Shown here one piece after another: positions 1 through 7,685 of a stretch of DNA of 64,000 nucleotides. Under the pieces are notes generated by a model. That model was not told the DNA's origin. It was given only the letters and a program-made list of their open reading frames with translations, and made no database searches. Each line of letters opens with the position of its first letter. Within the stretch, counting starts at the first letter, position 1. A program made the position numbers and the translations under genes. Source of the stretch: Deltaproteobacteria bacterium (GTDB lineage: Bacteria; Myxococcota_A; UBA9160; SMWR01); NCBI GenBank assembly GCA_019310965.1, contig JAFDDG010000008.1, positions 2,153 through 66,152 on the forward strand. Reading direction: 5' to 3'.

Positions 1-2175
1 ACCCAGCGCGACGCCGGCATCGACACCCCCGGCATCGACGACCTCTTCCCGGTGGCCTGCGTGGTCCGCGTGCTGCGAGTGATCGACGCACGGCGCGACG
101 GCAAGCAGGCCATCGTGGTGGGTATCGTGCGCACGCGCCTGGCCGACACCCTGCAGACCGAGAGCGGATCCATGCTGATGCCGCTCGACGCTCTGATGGA
201 CGAGAGCGACGCGTCGCCCGAGCTCGACACGCTGTGGCGCCGGGTCGTCGGTCTGGCCCACCGGCTGATCGACCTGCACGATGACTATCCGGACGAGTGG
301 AAGACCTTCGTCTCCGGCATTCCCACCCCCGGGCTGCTGGCCGACGTCGTGGGCTCGACCCTGCCGCTGGCACCGGAAGAGAGGGTGGCACTGCTCGGCG
401 ATACCGCACCCAGCGGCCGTCTCGGACGCGTCGCCGAGCACCTCGAGCGCGAGGTCACGATCGCCGAGACCCAGCGCAGCCTGGCACAGAGCAGCGAAGG
501 CGAGGAGATGGATCCGGAGCGCCGCAAGCGCCTGCTGCGCCGGCGCATGCGAGACATCGAGACAGAGCTCGGTGAGGACTCCGGCATCCGCGAGGTGGAG
601 GAGCTGCGCGAACGCATCGAGGATGCGGGGCTCCCCGAAGAGGCCCTGACCCAGGCGGAGCGCGAGCTGCAGCGGCTGTCCGCCCTGCCCCAGCACGCTC
701 CGGACCGCCACCTGATCCGCAGCTATATCGAGTGGATGGCCGACTTGCCCTGGTCGGCCGCCACGGAAGACAAGCTCGACCTGCACGACGCCCGGGCCGT
801 GCTGGATGCGGACCATCACGGTCTCGAGAAGGTGAAGGACCGGATCCTCGAATTTCTGGCCGTGCGCAAGCTCGCGCCCGAGGCCAAGAGCCCGATCCTG
901 TGTTTCGTCGGCCCGCCGGGAGTCGGCAAGACCTCGCTCGGGCGCTCGATCGCCCGGGCCATGGGCCGCAAGTTCGCACGCGCCTCGCTCGGCGGCGTGC
1001 GGGACGAGGCCGAGATCCGCGGTCATCGACGCACCTACGTGGGCGCCATGCCCGGCCGCATCCTCCAGAGCCTGCGGCGCGCCGGCTCGCGCAACCCGAT
1101 CTTCCTGCTCGACGAGATCGACAAGGTGGGAGCCGACTTCCGCGGCGACCCGTCTTCGGCGCTGCTCGAAGTGCTCGACCCCGAGCAAAACCACGCATTT
1201 AGCGACCACTACGTCGAAGTTCCCTTCGATCTGTCGCGGGTCCTCTTCATCTCCACCGCCAACACGCTGGCGACGATTCCGCCCGCGCTGCTCGACCGCA
1301 TGGAGGTCATCGAGCTGCCCGGCTACACGGAGTCGGACAAGATGCCGATCGCGCGCGAGCACCTGGTGCCGCAGCAGCTCGAGGGTCACGGTCTCACGCC
1401 CGCACAGGTCGAGATCGGCGATGCGGCAATCGAGAAGGTGGTGCTCGAGTACACGCGCGAAGCCGGCGTGCGCAATCTCGACCGGCAGATCGCAAAACTG
1501 ATGCGCAAGTGTGCGTCGCGGATCGCGTCCGGAACCCACGCGGCGCCGATCGTCGTGGACGAGGAATTCGTGAGCGAGGCCCTGGGAGCCCCGCCCCATC
1601 TCTCCGAGACGACCGAGCGCACCACGCAGCCCGGCGTGGCGGTGGGGCTCGCCCATACCAGCCACGGGGGCGACATCCTCTTCATCGAAGCTCGCGTGCT
1701 GGCCGGCGGCAAGGGCATCCGGCTGCGCATGACCGGGCAGCTGGGCGACGTGATGCGCGAATCGGCCGAAGCGGCGCTGTCCTGGGTGCGCTCAAACTCC
1801 GAGGCACTGGGGCTCGGCGCCTCGCTCGAACCCTGCGAGATCCACCTGCACGTTCCCGCCGGTGCGGTCTCCAAGGATGGCCCGTCCGCCGGCGTGGCCG
1901 TGGTGACGGCCCTGGTCTCGGCGCTCTCAGACCGCCGAGCGCGCGGCAACGTCGCCATGACCGGCGAGATCTCGCTGCGCGGCCGCGTGCTGCCGGTGGG
2001 CGGCATCAAGGCCAAGCTGCTGGCGGCGGCCCGCGCCGGAGTTCAGACCGTACTGCTGCCCCGACGCAACGAGAAGGATCTCGCCGAGATCCCGCCCGAG
2101 ATCCTCGAAAAGCTCGACATCCAGCTGGTCGAGCGGCTCGATGAAGTGCTCGAGGCGGCCATCGTACCGCGCTGA
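1..2175 (+). CDS. lon: ATP-dependent Lon protease (LonA), 5' end outside window
   Basis: Frame 1 is open from base 1. Walker A GPPGVGKTS, LonA block [15 protein letters not shown], catalytic Ser in KDGPSAGVA and Lys in GGIKAK. Confidence 0.93.
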   Translation, partial: TQRDAGIDTPGIDDLFPVACVVRVLRVIDARRDGKQAIVVGIVRTRLADTLQTESGSMLMPLDALMDESDASPELDTLWRRVVGLAHRLIDLHDDYPDEWKTFVSGIPTPGLLADVVGSTLPLAPEERVALLGDTAPSGRLGRVAEHLEREVTIAETQRSLAQSSEGEEMDPERRKRLLRRRMRDIETELGEDSGIREVEELRERIEDAGLPEEALTQAERELQRLSALPQHAPDRHLIRSYIEWMADLPWSAATEDKLDLHDARAVLDADHHGLEKVKDRILEFLAVRKLAPEAKSPILCFVGPPGVGKTSLGRSIARAMGRKFARASLGGVRDEAEIRGHRRTYVGAMPGRILQSLRRAGSRNPIFLLDEIDKVGADFRGDPSSALLEVLDPEQNHAFSDHYVEVPFDLSRVLFISTANTLATIPPALLDRMEVIELPGYTESDKMPIAREHLVPQQLEGHGLTPAQVEIGDAAIEKVVLEYTREAGVRNLDRQIAKLMRKCASRIASGTHAAPIVVDEEFVSEALGAPPHLSETTERTTQPGVAVGLAHTSHGGDILFIEARVLAGGKGIRLRMTGQLGDVMRESAEAALSWVRSNSEALGLGASLEPCEIHLHVPAGAVSKDGPSAGVAVVTALVSALSDRRARGNVAMTGEISLRGRVLPVGGIKAKLLAAARAGVQTVLLPRRNEKDLAEIPPEILEKLDIQLVERLDEVLEAAIVPR

Positions 2176-2176
2176 A

Positions 2177-2205
2177 GCGCGGGCTTCGCACCGCGCGCCC
2201 TTTTT
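2177..2205 (+). terminator. Possible intrinsic terminator after lon
   Basis: GCGCGG-N8-CCGCGC hairpin immediately after the lon stop, followed by GCCC and a TTTTT run. Confidence 0.4.
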
Positions 2206-2371
2206 CCAATCTCACTGGACAGCGCTGCAGGCGTTTCGCCCACGACCGTGAGAGTGTGCGGCGCAGCGCAGGTGCGTGTGACACCAATCACCGCGCCCTT
2301 CCCCCGGCTCACCGAAGCTAACGAACTGATGGTGAGAAGGTCCCGCGATCGCGGCACCGCAGGGGGTTGAG

Positions 2372-3790
2372 ATGAGATTGAATCGGGCCTGGATACGCTA
2401 CACGCTCGCGCTCGTCGCGAGCTTGACTCTCGCCGCGAACGCAAGTGCGGTCGTCGAAGTTCCCAGTGGGAGCGGCGTGCGGTTCGAGTGGACCCCGGCA
2501 GAAGGCAGCGTCGCCGGCTACGCGATCTACCGCTACAACCCGGCGGGCACCACCCAGGTCTACGCAACGCGCCTCTCGATGGAACCCTGGACCGTCATCT
2601 ACGGCACCGCAGGCAACGAGTACCGGATCCGGGTCATGGCCATCTCGGAGAGCAGCGAGTTCGGCCCGCTCTCCGATCTCTCGGAGTCCGTGCGCTTCGT
2701 GGCTGCCGAAGCCCCGCCCGCCGAGGAGCCGCCCGCCGAGGAGCCGCCCGCCGAGGAGCCGCCCGCTGAGGAGCCGCCCGCTGAGGAGCCGCCCGCTGAG
2801 GAGCCGCCCACTGAGGAGCCGCCCGCTGAGGAGCCGCCCGCCGAGGAGCCGCCGAGCGAGGAGCCGCCCAGCGGTGCGCCGCCGCCGCTGGCAAACCGCG
2901 CCGCCAGCGAGCCCCTCGACTTCGACGGCGACGGCGGCACCGAGGTGCTCTTGCGCCACGAGACGAGCGGCGAGCTGGCCATCTGGTACGTCGATGGCGC
3001 GACGCCGGTGGTCGTGCCGCTCGATGTCGATCCTCTGGCCACATCGGAGCGCGTGGTCGGCAATGCCGACTACGACGGCAACGGCTCGGCCGATGTCGCT
3101 GTTCACGACAAGAAAAAGGGGACGCTGCGCGTGCACTTTCTCGACACCGGCGCCCAGGTCGGCATGCTCGCGTTCACCGGAGCCTACGCCAAGGTTGTGG
3201 GCTCCGGAGATCTCGACGGTGACGGGGCTGCGGATCTGGTGTTCCAGGACTCGACGAATCACATCGAAGTGTGGCCTCGGCTCTACCGGGCGAACAGCGA
3301 TGAGGTGGTCGAACTCACGCGCCTCTCCAAGGGCACAGAAGTCGTCGGGATCGGAGACATGGACGGCGATTCCAGCCCGGACCTGCTCTTCAGCTGGAAG
3401 TCGTCTCTGATCGGGGCCCGAATCGTCGGAGGCAATCTCGGCGGTGCGCAGTTTCTCCATGAAGGAGGGGACCCGCGCGTGGCGGCTCTCTGCAGGCTGA
3501 ACGGCGGTGCGGCCGTCAGCGCGCTCATCTACGCGTCCGGCCGGTACCGGGCGGTAGACCTGCGGGGTACCTCGACCGACATTCCTGCCGCTTTGCAGCA
3601 GATTCCCGACGACGAGATTCTCGACGGTGGACAGTTCTCCGGCAACGGGCGGTGTGATCTGCTGTTTCGCTGGCGGGGCACCGGCGAGCTCGCCAGCGGC
3701 GACATCAGCCAGAACAGGCTCGAGACGCGGTCGCTCGGGATCCCGGCACCCGGCTGGACGCCCGTCGGTGTGAGGTATCGCAGCCCCTAA
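2372..3790 (+). CDS. Secreted FG-GAP/VCBS repeat protein with (EEPPA)n linker
   Basis: Signal peptide MRLNRAWIRYTLALVASLTLAANASA, small beta-rich N-domain and an EEPPA repeat linker. At least five FG-GAP-like Ca-binding repeats follow (DFDGDGGTEVLL, DYDGNGSADVAV, GDLDGDGAADLVF, GDMDGDSSPDLLF, SGNGRCDLLF). Confidence 0.75.
   Translation: MRLNRAWIRYTLALVASLTLAANASAVVEVPSGSGVRFEWTPAEGSVAGYAIYRYNPAGTTQVYATRLSMEPWTVIYGTAGNEYRIRVMAISESSEFGPLSDLSESVRFVAAEAPPAEEPPAEEPPAEEPPAEEPPAEEPPAEEPPTEEPPAEEPPAEEPPSEEPPSGAPPPLANRAASEPLDFDGDGGTEVLLRHETSGELAIWYVDGATPVVVPLDVDPLATSERVVGNADYDGNGSADVAVHDKKKGTLRVHFLDTGAQVGMLAFTGAYAKVVGSGDLDGDGAADLVFQDSTNHIEVWPRLYRANSDEVVELTRLSKGTEVVGIGDMDGDSSPDLLFSWKSSLIGARIVGGNLGGAQFLHEGGDPRVAALCRLNGGAAVSALIYASGRYRAVDLRGTSTDIPAALQQIPDDEILDGGQFSGNGRCDLLFRWRGTGELASGDISQNRLETRSLGIPAPGWTPVGVRYRSP
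2708..2872. repeat. 15-bp tandem repeat (about 11 units, GAGGAGCCGCCCGCC) encoding (EEPPA)n
   Basis: Read directly. Units differ only by C/T at one synonymous site plus A/T/S codon variants at the ends. In frame within the FG-GAP CDS. Confidence 0.9.
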
Positions 3791-4899
3791 TCCAGGGCAC
3801 CGCGGATGACGGCGGCGATCTCCCGTACGGTGGAATTGCCGCAGCTTCCGCGGACCGGGATGCAGAGCGTCTGGCGGCAGGCCCGCACGGCCTCCGGAAA
3901 GGCGTCGGCACTGCGCTGACCGGCACCGACGGCGGGCTCGGCGGCCACGGGGCGCCGGTAATAGCGCCGCCACTCGATGCCGGCGGCCTCGAGCGCACGC
4001 TCGACCGGCTTCGGGTTCCCGCAGCGAATCGCAAACTGGCTCCACGAGAACGACTCGTCCTGGGGGGCGGGCGGCAGCTGCACGCCGGCGCAGCCGCCCA
4101 GCTCTTCGGCGTAGACCCGCGCGTTGCGCGCCCGCGCCTCGGTCCACGCCTTCAGGTAGGGCAGCTTGACGTGCAGCACCGCGGCCTGGATTTCGTCGAT
4201 TCGCGAAGTGGTGCCCACATCCACGTGCAGGCCGTCGAGCTGGCCGTGCACGCGCAACCGGCGCAGGCGTTCGACGAGTTCGGGATCCGAGGTGGTCACG
4301 GCGCCGGCGTCGCCGGCCGCACCGAGCGGCTTCGACGGATGGAAGCTGAAGCAGCCGGCGCGACCCCAGGCGCCGGCACGCTGGCCGGCGCGCGCGGCAC
4401 CCAGCGCCTGCGCCGCATCTTCGAGAATCACGAGCCCACTGCGCTCCGCCAGGACGGATAGCGCCCGAACGTCGGCGCAGCGGCCAAAGAGGTGCACCGG
4501 CAGCAAGACGCGGGTGCGGGAAGTGATCGCGCGCTCGACGCAGCCCGGATCCATGTGGCAGCCACCCGGCTCGACGTCGACGAAGACCGGCGTGGCTCCG
4601 ACCGCCAGCACCGCCTCCACGGTCGCGAAAAAGGTGAGCGCCGGCACGATGACCTCGTCCCCCGGCCCCACGTCGAGAGCACGCAGCGCCAGCCAGAGGG
4701 CCTCGGTCCCCGAGCCGACACCCACCGCTTCAGCGGCGCCCACGCAGCGCGCTAGCTCGGCCTCGAAGCGCAGCACCTCCGGGCCGAGCACGTAGCGCCC
4801 GCTGCGCAGCACGCGGGCGACGGCCGCATCGATGGCGTCCCCCAACACGGCCCGCTCCGCCTGCAGATCCACGAGCGGGACGCGCCAGCTCACGCGCAA
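3787..4899 (-). CDS. DegT/DnrJ/EryC1/StrS-family PLP-dependent sugar aminotransferase
   Basis: N-terminal VPLVDL..G.YVLGPEV..FE, SGTEALWLAL, PLP-lysine context FHPSKPLGAAGDAGAV. Confidence 0.85.
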   Translation of the reverse strand: MRVSWRVPLVDLQAERAVLGDAIDAAVARVLRSGRYVLGPEVLRFEAELARCVGAAEAVGVGSGTEALWLALRALDVGPGDEVIVPALTFFATVEAVLAVGATPVFVDVEPGGCHMDPGCVERAITSRTRVLLPVHLFGRCADVRALSVLAERSGLVILEDAAQALGAARAGQRAGAWGRAGCFSFHPSKPLGAAGDAGAVTTSDPELVERLRRLRVHGQLDGLHVDVGTTSRIDEIQAAVLHVKLPYLKAWTEARARNARVYAEELGGCAGVQLPPAPQDESFSWSQFAIRCGNPKPVERALEAAGIEWRRYYRRPVAAEPAVGAGQRSADAFPEAVRACRQTLCIPVRGSCGNSTVREIAAVIRGALD

Positions 4900-4914
4900 G
4901 ATCCCAGGACGCTG

Positions 4915-6147
4915 CTAGCGCGGCCCAACCGCATCCGCCTCCACCGCCTCCCGCAGCTGATCGAGGAATTCCGGCAACGCCGAGGTAACGCGGTTCCAAT
5001 TGGGGATCTGTGGATTGCCGAGGGGGTCGCGCACGAAGTCGAGCCCCGAGGCACGCATAGCCCGCGTGAAGGTCTCGACGGCAACCTCTTCCTCGTGCCG
5101 GTCGAAGCGGAGCCCGTTGAGCTGCGCATCGTCGTCGTAGGAGGCGATGGCGTCCTGGGCGGTTCGCACGTAGGCGGCGGTCAGGGTGTTGAGAAAGCCC
5201 GCGTCGAATTCGACGCCGTAGCTCGCGAGGTTGCGGATCAGCGACGACGTGATGTCCGAGACCATGCGATGCAGGCCGCGGGTGGCGTCGTTCTCGGACA
5301 GGTCCTGGTGCTTGTGCTCGTAGTTATCGGCCAGCTCCACCTGGCAGATCCGCTTGAGCGAGCAGTTGCGGTAGACCTCGCTCAGCATGCCGACCTCGAG
5401 GCCCCAATCGGCGGGAATGCGATTCATGCGCGCCTGGTCCGTCGTCATCGAGCACTCGCCGGCCAGCGGATAACGGAAGGAATCGAGGAAGTCGAGCAGG
5501 GGTAGCGAGCCCAGAACCGCCTTCAGGGCGCGCAGCAGCGGCGTCACGAACAGCCGCGTCACCCGGCCATGCAGTCGGTCGGTCACCCGCGCGTAGTAGC
5601 CCTTCGCGAACTCGTACTGGAGGTTCGGGTTGCCCGTCGGATAACACAGTCGCGCCAGCATCTCGCGGTTGTAGCTGCGGATGTCGCAGTCGTGGACGGC
5701 GATCACCCGCGACTTCTCGGTCGACAGCACGTAGCCGTAGGCCAGCCAGGTGCTGCGCCCCTTGCCGTCCACACCCGGGTCGAGCCCCTCTTCCGCGAGC
5801 CGTGCGTAGAGCTGCTGCACCCGGGAGCCGCTGTTCCACAGCAGCGTCGGCGGCTGCCCTCCGAGAGTCTCGACGCCGTCCCAGAAAGCGCGCATCTCTT
5901 CGTAGGCCACGCGCTCTTCGGAGCCCGAGATGCTGACGATGATCTGGCTCAGATACGGGATCTTGCGCAGGACATCGACAATCCCCGTGAGCCCTTCACC
6001 CTTCAGCTCGGAGAGCAGGCAGGGCAGCACCAGGGCAATCGGGCGCGCCGAGCTGTAATCGAGCAGCGCGTTCTCCAGCCGCTCGACGCCCGGATCACCC
6101 AGCCGGTGCAGGGTGGTAATCACCCCGGTCTGATGGAAGTCACCCAT
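4915..6147 (-). CDS. GT-A fold glycosyltransferase resembling glucosyl/mannosyl-3-phosphoglycerate synthases
   Basis: DxD motif (VHDCDI). The N-terminal DFHQTGVITTLHRL and the roughly 410 aa length recall GpgS/MpgS-type enzymes; this is from memory, not searched. Start set to ATG 6147. Confidence 0.55.
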   Translation of the reverse strand: MGDFHQTGVITTLHRLGDPGVERLENALLDYSSARPIALVLPCLLSELKGEGLTGIVDVLRKIPYLSQIIVSISGSEERVAYEEMRAFWDGVETLGGQPPTLLWNSGSRVQQLYARLAEEGLDPGVDGKGRSTWLAYGYVLSTEKSRVIAVHDCDIRSYNREMLARLCYPTGNPNLQYEFAKGYYARVTDRLHGRVTRLFVTPLLRALKAVLGSLPLLDFLDSFRYPLAGECSMTTDQARMNRIPADWGLEVGMLSEVYRNCSLKRICQVELADNYEHKHQDLSENDATRGLHRMVSDITSSLIRNLASYGVEFDAGFLNTLTAAYVRTAQDAIASYDDDAQLNGLRFDRHEEEVAVETFTRAMRASGLDFVRDPLGNPQIPNWNRVTSALPEFLDQLREAVEADAVGPR

Positions 6148-6210
6148 GGGCGAGCAAGCTGGCACCACCCGATTCCGGTGTCAAGGAAGCCCCTACCGCG
6201 CACCCAGCTG

Positions 6211-6552
6211 CTAGAGCAGATTGGCAGTGGAGGAGACCTCTTCCAGCAGCTCGAGAATTTCGGGATCGATTTCGAGGAACTCGATCCCGACGTCCGTCGT
6301 GATCGGATCGGTCTCGGTGGCCCAGATGACCTGCCCCACCGCCACCACCGTCTGGTCGCCGATATTGAACGTCACCCGGAGCACGTCGCCCAGGTCGATC
6401 TCGCAACCGACCGCCTCGAAACGGATGCCGCCGGGCGAGATGTCGCGGCTGACGGCCAGCAGATCGCGGGCTTCGACAGGGGCGAACGAGATCACCTGGT
6501 CGGTGGCGACACGAGCGTACTTGCGGCGGTTTCCGGCGCGGTCTTCGGCCAT
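6211..6552 (-). CDS. Single-domain PilZ protein (c-di-GMP receptor)
   Basis: RRKYAR (RxxxR) and DISPGG (DxSxxG) motifs at the spacing typical of PilZ domains. 113 aa. Confidence 0.8.
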   Translation of the reverse strand: MAEDRAGNRRKYARVATDQVISFAPVEARDLLAVSRDISPGGIRFEAVGCEIDLGDVLRVTFNIGDQTVVAVGQVIWATETDPITTDVGIEFLEIDPEILELLEEVSSTANLL

Positions 6553-6617
6553 CGGAGTCTCCGCCAGACTCTTCGGCCGTGTGCAGCTTGGCCTTGAGGG
6601 CGGCGCCGAGAAACGCT

Positions 6618-7685
6618 TCAGCGGCCGCCGAAGAACAGATCGAGTTGCCGGTCGGCTTCCGCCGCGGCGGCCAGCTTGCCGAGCTGCAGCCCGAGCCCCC
6701 GGATCCGGCGCGAGCCCACCTCGGTGCGGTCGAGCAGCCCAAGCGCCACGGCGTGCAGGTCACCGGCGGCAACGACCAGCTCCGAAAGCGCGCGGCTGCG
6801 GCTCTGCGTGCCCTGATCGACAAACCGGACCTTGACCCCCACGCGGCCCGCCGCCAGCCCCTGGCGAGCCAGCTCGCCCTCGAGCTGCCGGGCCAGCTCG
6901 AGCAGCTGCTCGCCGATGACCGCCCGGTCCAGGACCTCGCCCGGCAAGGTGAGCTCGCGACTCAGGCTCTGGGGGTGACGGCTGGCACGCACCGGCGAGT
7001 CGTCGAGCGCGCTCGCGAAGCTGAAGATACGCAGGCCGTGGGTGCCGAAAACCTCCTCGAGGCGCTCGCGGCCGAGCCGCTGCACCTCTCCGATCGTCAC
7101 CGCGCCGAGCTCCGCCAGCGCCGCCGCCGTCTTGCGCCCCACGCCGTCGAGTCGCTCGACGCCGAGGGGCCGCAGGAACTCGCGCTCGGCTCCCTCGGCA
7201 ACGCTGAGCACGCCCTCCGCACCCGCTTCTTCCGCAGCGACACGCGCAACGAACTTCGCCGACGCGATGCCCACCCGCAGCGGCAGTCCCAGCTCCTGCC
7301 TCACCCGCTCCGCAAGCAACCGCGCAGACACCTCGGGATCCGGGCTCACCGGCACCGCGAAGTACGCAGCAGCGAGACCGAAGGGCTCGAGCTGCGCAAA
7401 TACGCGGCGCAAACACGCGAGGAGCTGCCGCGATAGATCCCGGTAGAGCGCCATGTCGGTGCGCACCGCGCGCGCGCGCGGGCACAGGCGAAGCGCCTCG
7501 ACGAGCGGCATGTCGAGGGCCACGCCGGCCTCCAGCGCATCCGGCGAAGCGGCCTGCACCAAACCACGTTTGCGAGGGTCGCCGCCGACGATCACCGGAC
7601 GCCCTCGCAGCTCGGGATGCTGGCTGCACTCGATGGCCGCATAGAAGCAAGGCACCTCGGCGAAGAGCACCCGGGCGCGCGTCAT
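6618..7685 (-). CDS. Y-family DNA polymerase (DinB-like) homologue with substituted catalytic residues
   Basis: VLFAEVPCFYAAIE aligns with E. coli DinB IIHVDMDCFFAAVE. LEPFGLAAAYFAV aligns with IEPLSLDEAYLDV. An HhH block (GVGRKTAAALAELG) and a C-terminal QLDLF clamp motif are present. ATG 7685 overlaps the upstream stop (ATGA). Confidence 0.85.
   Translation of the reverse strand: MTRARVLFAEVPCFYAAIECSQHPELRGRPVIVGGDPRKRGLVQAASPDALEAGVALDMPLVEALRLCPRARAVRTDMALYRDLSRQLLACLRRVFAQLEPFGLAAAYFAVPVSPDPEVSARLLAERVRQELGLPLRVGIASAKFVARVAAEEAGAEGVLSVAEGAEREFLRPLGVERLDGVGRKTAAALAELGAVTIGEVQRLGRERLEEVFGTHGLRIFSFASALDDSPVRASRHPQSLSRELTLPGEVLDRAVIGEQLLELARQLEGELARQGLAAGRVGVKVRFVDQGTQSRSRALSELVVAAGDLHAVALGLLDRTEVGSRRIRGLGLQLGKLAAAAEADRQLDLFFGGR

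Noticed and set aside
2708-2872. Regular short repeats that could be mistaken for a CRISPR array.
   Set aside because: The units are contiguous 15-mers with no spacers, lie in frame inside a CDS, and encode an EEPPA peptide repeat. No cas genes are present in the window.
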